A DNA stretch of 64,000 bases from Spirochaetota bacterium. GTDB lineage: Bacteria; Spirochaetota; UBA6919; CBDBPB01. Made by a program: the position numbers and the translations under genes. Positions within the stretch are counted from its first letter, which is position 1. Every line of letters begins with the position of its first letter. The stretch covers positions 192,001 through 256,000 of the forward strand of contig CBDBPB010000006.1 of NCBI GenBank assembly GCA_965208615.1, given 5' to 3'. Shown piece by piece: positions 52,260 to 62,170 of the stretch. The notes under the pieces are model-generated. The model was not told the origin of the DNA. It worked only from the letters and a program-made list of their open reading frames with translations, and did no database searches.

Positions 52260-52892
52260 ATGGGAAAGCTAACTAGAGAAAAAGTTTTAGATTATATTAA
52301 AGATGGTAAAAGCTTAGCTGATCAGGACCTATCTTGGCTTGATTTAAGTGGACTTGATTTAAGTGGAGTTGATTTAAGTGATTCTACTCTGACTTGTGCA
52401 AACCTAAGTGAAACTAATCTAAGCAATGCTATTTTAGAGCATACTTTTTTACCTGAGGTTAATGGATCTGATGCTATTTTTCATAAAGCTAATTTAAAGG
52501 GAGCATCCTTTCAAAGGGCAAAGTTATTTAATGCCGATTTTACCAAGGCTGACATTAGTGATAGTTTATTTTTAGTTTCGTGGTTAAAAGGTGCAAAGTT
52601 TAACGGGGTTACTGCTATTAGAGTTAACTTTACGGATTCTCAGGCAGAAGAGGTTGATTTTACTGGGGCTAATCTTAGTTACTCAGTTTTTAGGGGGGCT
52701 AATTTGCGAAAGGCTATATTTCATGATGTAAACTTTTCTTTTACTGATATGAGAAAGGTACAATTAAACTATGCCACTTTCAAAAATTATAAGGCTGATA
52801 ATGTTATTTTCTATGGTAAAAAGCCATGGGATGGTTCTAGCGATACAACAACTGACTTTAACTCAAAGTTACCTCGCTTTGAAATAGATTAA
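52260..52892 (+). CDS. Pentapeptide repeat protein
   Basis: Continuous (A/L/V)(D/N)(L/F)xx repeats over most of the length. GAGG RBS favours ATG 52260 over 52245. Confidence 0.9.
   Translation: MGKLTREKVLDYIKDGKSLADQDLSWLDLSGLDLSGVDLSDSTLTCANLSETNLSNAILEHTFLPEVNGSDAIFHKANLKGASFQRAKLFNADFTKADISDSLFLVSWLKGAKFNGVTAIRVNFTDSQAEEVDFTGANLSYSVFRGANLRKAIFHDVNFSFTDMRKVQLNYATFKNYKADNVIFYGKKPWDGSSDTTTDFNSKLPRFEID
52338..52382 (+). repeat. 15-bp tandem repeat x3 within the pentapeptide gene
   Basis: CTTGATTTAAGTGGA CTTGATTTAAGTGGA GTTGATTTAAGTGAT (LDLSG LDLSG VDLSD). Confidence 0.85.
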
Positions 52893-52926
52893 CACAAAAC
52901 TGTATATACCTATAATTTGTTATAAG

Positions 52927-54003
52927 TTATCTAATTCCTCGAACAATTAGATCACCCATTTCTGAACAACTAACACTATTCATATCACTATTTGCAACGT
53001 CCTTAGTTGCGTATCCTTCTTCTAATACCTTTTCTACAGCGTTAAATACGTCATCATGAGCTTCATTAAGGTTAAAGCTATATTTTAGCATCATAGCCAT
53101 AGATAGTATTTGAGCAATAGGATTAGCAATTCCTTTACCAGCTATATCAGGTGCTGATCCGCCTACGGGTTCATAAAGACCAAAGCCCTTTTCTGATAGT
53201 GATGCACTTGGTAACATGCCAATAGAACCAGTCAACATAGCAGACTCATCACTAAGTATATCACCAAACATATTACCACAAAGGAGAACATCAAAATGCT
53301 TTGGATTAGAAACTAACTTCATAGATGCCGCATCCACATACATAGACTCAAAAACAACCTCTGGATATTCTTTACTAACCTCAGTAGCAACTTCTCTCCA
53401 CAAAACCATAGTGGTTAAAACATTGGCCTTATCTATTGACGTAACCTTTTTATTCCTTTTCATAGCGGCCTTAAAAGCAACATGGGCAATTCGTTTAATC
53501 TCAGCCTTTGTATATACCATAGTGTCATAAGCCTTTTCAGAGTCACCAATACCCTCACGCCCTTTTGGTTGACCAAAATATATACCACCTGTTAGCTCTC
53601 TTATTACCAATATATCAAAACCATTGCCCACAATGTCCGGTCTTAAAAATGATGATGAAACCAAAGGTTTAAATACAATAGCTGGTCTAAAGTTTGCATA
53701 TAAATCAAATATCTTTCTAAGAGGTAAAAGAGCCGCTCTTTCCGGCTGTAGTTCAGGTGATAGAGACTCCCACTTTGGCCCGCCTACTGAGCCAAAAAGA
53801 ATAGCATTACTATTTTTACAAATATCAATAGTTATATCCGGAAGAGCCTTTCCATGATTATCAATAGCAATACCACCTACATCAGCGTAACTCTTTTCAA
53901 ACTTAATGTTATATTTAGCTTCTATCTTCTCTAGAACTTTAATTGCCTCAGTCATTACCTCAGTACCAATGCCATCACCAGCTAAAACAGCTATCTTTTT
54001 CAT
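52927..54003 (-). CDS. leuB: 3-isopropylmalate dehydrogenase
   Basis: [61 protein letters not shown]. Confidence 0.97.
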   Translation of the reverse strand: MKKIAVLAGDGIGTEVMTEAIKVLEKIEAKYNIKFEKSYADVGGIAIDNHGKALPDITIDICKNSNAILFGSVGGPKWESLSPELQPERAALLPLRKIFDLYANFRPAIVFKPLVSSSFLRPDIVGNGFDILVIRELTGGIYFGQPKGREGIGDSEKAYDTMVYTKAEIKRIAHVAFKAAMKRNKKVTSIDKANVLTTMVLWREVATEVSKEYPEVVFESMYVDAASMKLVSNPKHFDVLLCGNMFGDILSDESAMLTGSIGMLPSASLSEKGFGLYEPVGGSAPDIAGKGIANPIAQILSMAMMLKYSFNLNEAHDDVFNAVEKVLEEGYATKDVANSDMNSVSCSEMGDLIVRGIR

Positions 54004-54041
54004 AATAGTTCCTTTTATTTAACTCGATTAAATATATTTAT

Positions 54042-54671
54042 TTAACTAATATCCTTTATGAACTTAAGAAAATATATATCCCTTCCCATATTTCGCCATT
54101 TTTCTTCATATAGTGATATTTCATAATCTTCAAAGTGGTTAAGGTATCTTGTTTGAAAAGCATTTTTAAAACCATTATGCTTTTCAAGAAGATCTAATAT
54201 CTCAAAAAAATAGGGTTTATGATCAGATGCAGCAATAAAATATCCATCTTTTTTGAGTTTATTATTTAGCAGTAGCAAAAAATCATTATTAACAATTCTA
54301 TTCTTTCTATGCCTTCTTTTCGGCCATGGATCAGGAAAGTTAAGATAACACGCCTCAATAGAGTTATCAGCTATATACTCTAATAAAGCTTTACCATAAC
54401 CATTAAAAAAAATAACATTAGTAGAACAGCATTTTTTAACTTTATAAATACTTTTAATTATTCGCTTAGTTGACTTATCTATGCCAATAAAGTTTATTTT
54501 TGGATTACTTTTAGCCCTTGCATTTATAAAATGCCCATTCCCACAGCCAATCTCTATATGAAGGGGATTGCTATTGTTAAAATAGGCTGTAAAGTCGACT
54601 AGTTGTTCTGTTGGCTTAATTAGATAAGGTAACTCACTGTCCGCTAAGCCTATAGAAGATAACTTTAGCAT
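54042..54671 (-). CDS. trmB: tRNA (guanine-N7)-methyltransferase
   Basis: IEIGCGNG, NFPDPWPKRRHRKNR, SDH, YEEK. Confidence 0.93.
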   Translation of the reverse strand: MLKLSSIGLADSELPYLIKPTEQLVDFTAYFNNSNPLHIEIGCGNGHFINARAKSNPKINFIGIDKSTKRIIKSIYKVKKCCSTNVIFFNGYGKALLEYIADNSIEACYLNFPDPWPKRRHRKNRIVNNDFLLLLNNKLKKDGYFIAASDHKPYFFEILDLLEKHNGFKNAFQTRYLNHFEDYEISLYEEKWRNMGRDIYFLKFIKDIS

Positions 54672-54690
54672 AATAAATAGTTAGGCATAT

Positions 54691-56325
54691 TTAACTTTTA
54701 CCTTTTCTTATAAAATAAACTATAGCCCCTATAACTACAATAGAAAAGGGTATTATTAGTATAGAAAAATAAAAAACAAGTCCTTTATTTTGCTCAGTTA
54801 ATACAATAGCTCGCTGTTTTCTCTCTTTAGGACGTATAGTAATCTTTTTTTCCTGTTTTGCAAGCCAATTAACAGAATTAATAAAAAGATCACGCCCAGT
54901 TTCAAAAGATGTAGCATTATTTTTAACAAAGTCTGAATCACCTATAATAACAACTCTATTTTCAGTTTTTTTATCCAGTTTTTTAACAATAGTTAAACCA
55001 AAAGTTATAGGTCCTTTTAAATCTTTACCTTCATCAAACTGACCAGTCTCAGACTCATTATTCCCTTTTTCACCCCATCCTTTATCAGTAGTTTGTAAAA
55101 TAGGAGTTATTATAGTATCAGCTGGAGGTTTTCCATATAAAAGAGGAGCCGAATATAAAAACAATATAGGCAATCTTTTTTCTTTCAACAAATTAACTAT
55201 TTTATGACTTCCATATTGTCCCACATGATAAAAAAACCTGCCAAAAAGATCGGGTACAATTGCCTCTTTAGAGTCTAATACTACTGCAGAACTAATTTTT
55301 ATATTCCACTCTGATAATAAAGAATCAAGACCATGATTAACGTTTTGCAACTTTGGATCTATTAAAATAAATAAATTACCACCTTGTTTTAGGTATGAGG
55401 ATATCTTCTTAATTTCTGCCTCATAAAAAGGATGAGTTGGCCTTGATATAATTAGAACCTTAGAATCTTTGGGTATATCAGAGGTCAAAATATTAATATC
55501 TTTAATTATATAGTTTTCTAATTCAATAGCATTTTTTATTTTATTATAGCCATCACCCTTTGGACTATTAAAACTATGTTCACCGTGTCCAGTAGTTGAA
55601 TATATAATAGGTTGTTTGCCCTCGTTTATGGTGTATATAGCACTGGTAAGCTTGCTCTCACCCTGATACTCAATCTTAGGACGCCTCGTTCTTGGATTAA
55701 ATGCACCTTTTTTATAAAGATCGGCTGCTAAAATAGTAACGTATTTAGCTTTATTAGGCTTTTCTATAACCATTGCACCAAGCCCCTCTCCTGTAAGGGG
55801 GATATTATACTTCTTAAATATCCTAGGGTTTTTAAGGGAGTCTAAATACACAATTTTAATATTACTGTTTTCAGCAGTATAAGTTTTTAAAAGGTTTGCA
55901 GTCTCTCCATTACGGCTATCAAACTGAGTTTTTGTACTCATTATCTTAATTATTATAGGAGACTTAACCTGTTTTAATAAGTTTATTGACTGTTCTGATA
56001 ATGTGTATATTTTCTCTTGTGTAAGATCAATTTGTTTTGGATAGGCTTTTAGTATAAAGTATAAAGTTATTAAAATACTGCTAACAATTATTATAGTTAG
56101 AATTGATGTTAAGGCCTTTCGTATACCCTTTTTCTTAGTTAAAGCGTTTATAATATTATGAAAGTTAAAAACAATATAGGCTATTATGCTTATGACACCA
56201 AGACTTAAGAAAATGTAAAAAATCATACTGGTGTCAGAGTAGTAATTATAAAATACTCCAGAAAAAATAATAAATATAATACCTAAAAAACCCATAAATT
56301 TACTATATTCCTTTTTACGATTCAC
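54691..56325 (-). CDS. GldG-family ABC auxiliary component
   Basis: DLTQEKIYTLSEQS, TTGHGE, YLKQGG, VIIGDSDF, NSVNWL; N- and C-terminal TMs. Confidence 0.88.
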   Translation of the reverse strand: MNRKKEYSKFMGFLGIIFIIFSGVFYNYYSDTSMIFYIFLSLGVISIIAYIVFNFHNIINALTKKKGIRKALTSILTIIIVSSILITLYFILKAYPKQIDLTQEKIYTLSEQSINLLKQVKSPIIIKIMSTKTQFDSRNGETANLLKTYTAENSNIKIVYLDSLKNPRIFKKYNIPLTGEGLGAMVIEKPNKAKYVTILAADLYKKGAFNPRTRRPKIEYQGESKLTSAIYTINEGKQPIIYSTTGHGEHSFNSPKGDGYNKIKNAIELENYIIKDINILTSDIPKDSKVLIISRPTHPFYEAEIKKISSYLKQGGNLFILIDPKLQNVNHGLDSLLSEWNIKISSAVVLDSKEAIVPDLFGRFFYHVGQYGSHKIVNLLKEKRLPILFLYSAPLLYGKPPADTIITPILQTTDKGWGEKGNNESETGQFDEGKDLKGPITFGLTIVKKLDKKTENRVVIIGDSDFVKNNATSFETGRDLFINSVNWLAKQEKKITIRPKERKQRAIVLTEQNKGLVFYFSILIIPFSIVVIGAIVYFIRKGKS

Positions 56326-56334
56326 TTAATCCTC

Positions 56335-57045
56335 CTATTTCCACACATGGGACTCAACAGCTTTATTTGCTAATAATAACGAAATACAGATCCAACAAGT
56401 ATAAAAAATAATATTCTCTATATTTAATATTCCCCTATGAAAGTCAATATACCTTGATAATAATGATAGCTCACCCAATATCTTTGATAGAAAGCCAGAT
56501 GAACGAGCAAATTGATCCGCTAATAAAAAAAATAAAGAAACACCAAAGCTAATAACTCCAGCAATAACCTGACTACTGGTTAATGAAGATGCAAAAACTC
56601 CAATAGATATTAAACTACCACCAAATAGTAATAAACCAGTATATGCACTAAAAACCACTCCATAATCAGGTCCTACTGTACTATAAACCTCCATAATAAC
56701 AACATAAGCTAAGGTTATTGATAGGATTATTGCATATAACAAAAAGCTAGATAAAAACTTTCCAATAACTACTTCTAAAGTCGATATTGGAGAGGTTAAA
56801 AGTAGTTCAATAGTACCACTTTTTTTTTCTTCAGATATTAACTTTATAGTCATAATAGGACAGATAAACAATGCCAAAAGTATAAAATTAATAAGATAGC
56901 CAATACCTGCAATCGAGTTTGTATAAATAAACGAAATAAAAAAATAGCCGCTTAATATCAAAAAAATAAAAGCTAATACATAAGCTAAAGGAGATACAAA
57001 ATATGACCTAAGTTCTCGTTTAGCAATAATATATATGTTTTTCAT
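56335..57045 (-). CDS. GldF-like ABC transporter permease
   Basis: RELRSYFVSPLAY, EEKKSGTIELLLTSP, GKFL, SSLTSSQVIA. Confidence 0.9.
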   Translation of the reverse strand: MKNIYIIAKRELRSYFVSPLAYVLAFIFLILSGYFFISFIYTNSIAGIGYLINFILLALFICPIMTIKLISEEKKSGTIELLLTSPISTLEVVIGKFLSSFLLYAIILSITLAYVVIMEVYSTVGPDYGVVFSAYTGLLLFGGSLISIGVFASSLTSSQVIAGVISFGVSLFFLLADQFARSSGFLSKILGELSLLSRYIDFHRGILNIENIIFYTCWICISLLLANKAVESHVWK

Positions 57046-57110
57046 AACCTTATTCTCCGTTAAACAGATATAGATAAGTTATTTAATAATAAGCTATAAA
57101 CAAAAGTCAG

Positions 57111-58022
57111 CTATTGTATTAAGTTAATAAAGAGTTCTTCTAGCGTTGTTTTAGTTCTTTTTAGCTCTAGAAGATCAATATTATTATTAACAATTTCCTT
57201 AGCTAAATTAGCTCTAATATCACTATCCTTTTGACACTCTACTTCTATTCCATTATGCTTATTAACATTTACATTTATAACTCCATCAATACCCTTAATT
57301 ATATTTATAGCTTTATCATTATCGCTAACTTTAATATTAACAATATGCTCCTTAGATATACTTGATAAAAGCTCAGACTCAGTACCATTGGCAACAATCT
57401 TACCATCAGATAAAATGATAATCCTTTGGCATACCTGACTAACCTCGCTAAGAATATGACTACTTAAAATAATAGTTCTATTTTCTTTTAGCTTATTTAT
57501 TAAATCACGAATCTCAATAATTTGTGCTGGATCAAGACCAACAGTAGGTTCATCAAGAATAAGTACTTTAGGATCATGGATTAAACTTTGTGCAAGTCCA
57601 ACTCTTTGTTTATAGCCTTTTGATAAAGTGGATATAATAGAGTTTAACTTATCCTCAATTTTAGTTGCCGTTAATACATAGCCTAATCTGTCATTAATAT
57701 TCTTTTTATTAACTCCCCTAATTTTGGCCATGAATACAAGATACTCTTTAACAGTCATCTCAGGGTATAAAGGAGAGTTTTCTGGTAAATAACCCAACAT
57801 TTCTTTAACTTCTTTGGGATTATTAAATATATTATACCCTCCAACCTCAACATCACCATAACTCGCCTGGAGAAAGCCAGTAATAATCCTCATCAGAGTG
57901 GTCTTTCCTGCACCATTAGGACCTAATAATCCAATAATCTCTCCACTATCAATATTAAAGGATAGGTTGTTCAATGCACAAAAACTACCATAGTTTTTTA
58001 TTAAACTCTCAACTTTAATCAT
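57111..58022 (-). CDS. GldA-like ABC transporter ATP-binding protein
   Basis: GPNGAGKTT, GYLPE, LSKGYKQRVG, LDEPTVGLDPAQ, SSHILSEV. Confidence 0.92.
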   Translation of the reverse strand: MIKVESLIKNYGSFCALNNLSFNIDSGEIIGLLGPNGAGKTTLMRIITGFLQASYGDVEVGGYNIFNNPKEVKEMLGYLPENSPLYPEMTVKEYLVFMAKIRGVNKKNINDRLGYVLTATKIEDKLNSIISTLSKGYKQRVGLAQSLIHDPKVLILDEPTVGLDPAQIIEIRDLINKLKENRTIILSSHILSEVSQVCQRIIILSDGKIVANGTESELLSSISKEHIVNIKVSDNDKAINIIKGIDGVINVNVNKHNGIEVECQKDSDIRANLAKEIVNNNIDLLELKRTKTTLEELFINLIQ

Positions 58023-58092
58023 AAAATATTCCCGCTTAAGCTTATTAACCCATTGTATATTAAAAAGTTATTATACACTAAATTAAAATCCT

Positions 58093-58121
58093 AAGATAAC
58101 AAGTTATAAAAACTTTGTCAA
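58093..58121 (-). promoter_or_regulatory. Sigma70 promoter of the Gld-type ABC operon
   Basis: TTGACA-N17-TATCTT with an extended -10 TG. Confidence 0.55.
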
Positions 58122-58217
58122 CCCTCAACAAAAATAATATACTATTACCGATTGACTTGATATATTTGCTTTATAGGGTTTTGTTTAAAAAAACTATAAA
58201 ATAATAATAGACAAATT

Positions 58218-59720
58218 ATGCTTAAAACTGCTAATAACATAATTATAGCTTTAACTTTGCTTACTAATGTTGCTTATTCTTTTAAAATTAGTGATAACCT
58301 TGATATAGTCAAACATTATGAAGCTAAAATTAAAAAGCTTACACTAAAAAATGGTTTAAGAATAATTATGCTAGAACGTAAAAATCGTAATGCAGTAACT
58401 CTAGAAATTAGATATAATGTTGGATCAGCCTATGATAAACCTAACGAAATAGGAAGTGCACACCTACTAGAGCATATGATGTTTAGAGGGACTAAACAAA
58501 TTGGCACAAATAACTACCAAAAAGAAAAAACCATATTAAAAAAGATATTCCAAACAGGTAATAAAATAGATAGCTTGCAAAAAGCTAAACTTACTAAAAA
58601 ACTAATACAAAAAATAGATAGCCTAAAAAAGCATTTGTCCGCCTTGCAAAATGAACATAAAAACTATATAATAAAAAGTAACATAGCAAAGCTATACTAC
58701 GCAAGTGGTGGTATAGACCTAAATGCTAAAACTAATAAAGACTATACAAAGTATAATGTAACTCTGCCTAACGATAAAATAGAACTATGGGCAAATATTG
58801 AGTCTGATAGAATGAAAAACCTCGTTTTAAGAGGGTTTTATAAAGAACGTCTTGTCATAATACAAGAAAGACTTAAAAACTATAAAACTAATAGCTCTAA
58901 AAAACTACTAGAGCTATTATCTTATCACTCATATTTAATCCCCCCTTATAAATACTATAGTATAGGCACAACTAAACAAATTAGATATTTAAATCCAGTA
59001 TTGCTTAAGAGGTTTTATAAAAAGTATTATGTGCCAAATAATGCTATTATATGTGCAGTTGGCAACTTTGATCAGAATAGCTTTATTAAAATTATTAAAA
59101 AATACTTTGCCCATATACCCCCGGGTAAAAAAGCTAAACCGATTAACATTAAAAAACTAACTAAAAAAAAAGAAATCAGATTTAAACTGTTTAATAAAAC
59201 TAACTCTATCCTAGCCATAGGCTATCATATTCCCAAAGCAAAACATAATGACTATTATAAATTAAGGCTATTAAGATATATTATGGCTCGTCCTTCGAGG
59301 TCAGTTTTGTATAAGGCATTAATTAAAAGTCAGTTATGCTATTCTCTTAAGATAAGGTTTATACCTGGTATTAGATATTCCCATTTGTTTGTTATAGAGG
59401 TAAAACCAAAAAATAAGCCTATTAAGCTTATAAATAAAATAATAGACGATAACATTGATAAGCTAAAAAATACAATAAATAAAGACAGCATAAACTGGGC
59501 TAAAACTAAAATGCTCGGTGACTACATAAAACAACTATCCGATGATAGTATATTAGCCGATAACCTTATAAAATATGAAAGTATATACAATAACTATAAA
59601 GAGTTTTTTAGGCTTAGTGAAAGACTGGATAAGCTAAATCATAAAGATTTATATAGGGTTATAACTAAATACTTTATAAAAAGCAATAGAGTTGTTGGAC
59701 TTTTATATAACAAAAAATGA
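58218..59720 (+). CDS. M16 family zinc peptidase, catalytic subunit (exported)
   Basis: Signal peptide, LKNGL, inverted zinc motif HLLEH, distal Glu in ERLVIIQE, YYVPNN. Confidence 0.9.
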   Translation: MLKTANNIIIALTLLTNVAYSFKISDNLDIVKHYEAKIKKLTLKNGLRIIMLERKNRNAVTLEIRYNVGSAYDKPNEIGSAHLLEHMMFRGTKQIGTNNYQKEKTILKKIFQTGNKIDSLQKAKLTKKLIQKIDSLKKHLSALQNEHKNYIIKSNIAKLYYASGGIDLNAKTNKDYTKYNVTLPNDKIELWANIESDRMKNLVLRGFYKERLVIIQERLKNYKTNSSKKLLELLSYHSYLIPPYKYYSIGTTKQIRYLNPVLLKRFYKKYYVPNNAIICAVGNFDQNSFIKIIKKYFAHIPPGKKAKPINIKKLTKKKEIRFKLFNKTNSILAIGYHIPKAKHNDYYKLRLLRYIMARPSRSVLYKALIKSQLCYSLKIRFIPGIRYSHLFVIEVKPKNKPIKLINKIIDDNIDKLKNTINKDSINWAKTKMLGDYIKQLSDDSILADNLIKYESIYNNYKEFFRLSERLDKLNHKDLYRVITKYFIKSNRVVGLLYNKK

Positions 59721-61054
59721 AGTTAATAATATATATAATAATCATCCAGCTAATCTTTATAAAGTGTAATATACAAACTAAAAACCTCAATATATTAAAC
59801 CACAAACTAACTAAGCAAAAGTTTAAAAAGCCAAAAAGAATTGTCCTAAATAACGGACTAATAATATATCTTTTTAAAGATAGAAATAGCCCGCTAATTA
59901 AAATGAGAACATATACTAAAGTTGTTTATATGGATAATCACGTTAATAGCCCTAGGACCAAGCTATTAGGACTAGCTATTAGATCTGATATTATAAATAT
60001 TACCGATGAAAAACTTAACAAGTTTTTAGACTACTCAAATATTACTATTAACTCGCTTATTAAAGATAATATTGCCATAATGTCTTTAGTTGGACCTTAC
60101 AGCAGTAATGTTCACAAAAGTAACTTTATAAAAGCCTCTAATATTTTTGTTAAACTTATTCGTTTTCCAAGGCTTGATTATATGCCCTATAAAAAAAGTA
60201 TCCTAGAGTCAAATAAAAACCCTATCTATATAGCTAATAATAAACTTAAAAATATAATCTTTGCTAATAAAAGTCCACTTATGGATAACCTTAATAAAAT
60301 AACTAAAAAAGACCTATATAAACTCCATAAGACCAGCTTTATACCAAATAACACTATCATAACCATAACTGGTAACTTTGAATATAATAAAATGCTAAAA
60401 CATATTATAAGTCTGTTTGGAACATGGAAAAAGTCTAATATTAAAAAGGCTCACATTAAATATAAAGCCGTTTATAATACCCCTAAAAAGCCTTATCACT
60501 TCTTTTATAAAGATATTGAACAAAATATTATTGCTATTGGTGCAAAGTTAGTCCGCTTACCCCATAAGGATTATTACTCCTTACTGCTAATTAATGAGAT
60601 ATTAGCTAATGCACCTCTTTCTAATAGGCTTTTTAATAGGCTAAGGGATGATTATGGATTGGTATATTATATTAAATCGAAATTATTATTAAATAGTTTT
60701 TCTGATGGATTACTAACTATTTATACAGAGGCAAATAAAGATCATACAATAAAGATTGTTTATGAGAGTATAAAGGTCATTAAAGAGCTTATTGATAAAG
60801 GATTAACAAAAAAAGAATTAAACTTTTTTAAAATAAGCTTTTTAAACTCCCTTAGGGTCAGGCTAAACTACCCACATGAACTACTACACTTTTATGCTTT
60901 ACACGAGCTATACGGGTTCTCTAATAACTTTTTATATGAGCTTATTTATAAAATAAATAATCTAACATCAAAAGACATACAGCAAGTTATAAAAAAATAC
61001 CTAAACCCTAACTACTTATTCATTATAATAATAGGTAAAAAAGTCAAACTTTAG
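59717..61054 (+). CDS. M16B peptidase non-catalytic partner subunit
   Basis: LNNGL and FIPNN present, no HxxEH, substrate-binding RLFNRLRDDYGLVY; ATGA overlap with the upstream gene. Confidence 0.82.
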   Translation: MKLIIYIIIIQLIFIKCNIQTKNLNILNHKLTKQKFKKPKRIVLNNGLIIYLFKDRNSPLIKMRTYTKVVYMDNHVNSPRTKLLGLAIRSDIINITDEKLNKFLDYSNITINSLIKDNIAIMSLVGPYSSNVHKSNFIKASNIFVKLIRFPRLDYMPYKKSILESNKNPIYIANNKLKNIIFANKSPLMDNLNKITKKDLYKLHKTSFIPNNTIITITGNFEYNKMLKHIISLFGTWKKSNIKKAHIKYKAVYNTPKKPYHFFYKDIEQNIIAIGAKLVRLPHKDYYSLLLINEILANAPLSNRLFNRLRDDYGLVYYIKSKLLLNSFSDGLLTIYTEANKDHTIKIVYESIKVIKELIDKGLTKKELNFFKISFLNSLRVRLNYPHELLHFYALHELYGFSNNFLYELIYKINNLTSKDIQQVIKKYLNPNYLFIIIIGKKVKL

Positions 61055-61165
61055 CAATTCTTTTTTTAATAGATTATCATTATGGTAGTATTATAATTAA
61101 ACCTAAATCCAATAGTAGTTTTTATATTATAAAATTACTTAATAAAAAAAACTCCTTAATAATAT

Positions 61166-61192
61166 TAAGCCATTTTTTGCTAACTCCGATAA
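61166..61192 (+). promoter_or_regulatory. Sigma28 (FliA)-like promoter
   Basis: TAAG-N15-TCCGATAA, ending 39 bp upstream of TTG 61232. Confidence 0.55.
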
Positions 61193-61231
61193 AAATAAAT
61201 AATATAGGGTAACCTAATTTGGAGCAATAAA

Positions 61232-62167
61232 TTGAAACTAATTATCGGTCTTTTAATAATTCTAAACTTAACTTTAACGTCTAACTTATACCCCCAAAAT
61301 AATAATAACCTTAAATGCTTTCTTAGGGTTAAAAAAAGTAGCTACATAGTAGGTGAGGATATTATAATAGACTTTCTAATACAGAATATAAGCGATAACT
61401 CTGTTAGACTTAAACTCTCAGACTATCTACCTTTTAACTTTTCTTTTTTAATAAAGTCTAATAAAAATCAAGTGGTAAATGAAAGAAATCAGTTCTACCT
61501 TGTTAAAACGGATAAGAAAAAAAATAAAACTGCTAATACCCTTGTTCTTAGAAAAAAAGAATTTTATGGTGCATCATTTCTTATAAAAAATAACTATCAG
61601 CTGGATAAACCAGGACAATATTTAATACAAGGTTTTTTTAATCCAGTACCAAAAAATATACGTCCTGGAGTTCAGTTAAAAACTCAGGTAATACAAATAG
61701 AAGTTAGGGATATACTACAAAATAAAGAAAACTTTAACAAAAAACTAACTAATAATAATATAACTGAAAAGATTAAAAATCCATACGAAACAATAAACTT
61801 TATGCTGAATGCAAGAAAAAATACAAACTGGATAAGTTATTTTAAGTATATAGACCTATACCAGCTAATAAAACAATATCCCAGGTTTTATAAGCGATAT
61901 AAATCCATAAAACCGAGTAAGAGAGAACCTATTATAAACGAGTTTAAAGAATACTTAAAACATTATCATAGTGAAATTGGTTATAAAAAGTTTAAAGAAT
62001 ATAAAGTTTATAAATCTGTAATAGAAAATGAAAATAAAAAAGCTAAAATATTTACTATTCTAACCTTTACAGGGAATGGCATAACCTATATTAGAAAGTA
62101 TATTTTTTATCTTTATCAAAGAAATGATTTATGGTATTTATATACATTTAAAGTTCAGAATCAATAA
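61232..62167 (+). CDS. Exported hypothetical protein (Ig-like N-domain plus helical/NTF2-like C-domain), resembling spirochaete conserved hypotheticals
   Basis: Signal peptide; YIVGEDIIIDFLIQN...KPGQYLIQG; PYETINFMLNARK..W..YFKYIDL. The resemblance is from memory. Confidence 0.6.
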   Translation: MKLIIGLLIILNLTLTSNLYPQNNNNLKCFLRVKKSSYIVGEDIIIDFLIQNISDNSVRLKLSDYLPFNFSFLIKSNKNQVVNERNQFYLVKTDKKKNKTANTLVLRKKEFYGASFLIKNNYQLDKPGQYLIQGFFNPVPKNIRPGVQLKTQVIQIEVRDILQNKENFNKKLTNNNITEKIKNPYETINFMLNARKNTNWISYFKYIDLYQLIKQYPRFYKRYKSIKPSKREPIINEFKEYLKHYHSEIGYKKFKEYKVYKSVIENENKKAKIFTILTFTGNGITYIRKYIFYLYQRNDLWYLYTFKVQNQ

Positions 62168-62170
62168 ATA

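Noticed and set aside
1722-53857. Short antisense or overlapping ORFs in the track (for example 1722-1919, 5160-5513, 12954-13373, 25054-25446, 47016-47375, 53216-53530)
   Set aside because: They are shadow frames of well-supported genes, with no motifs or RBS.
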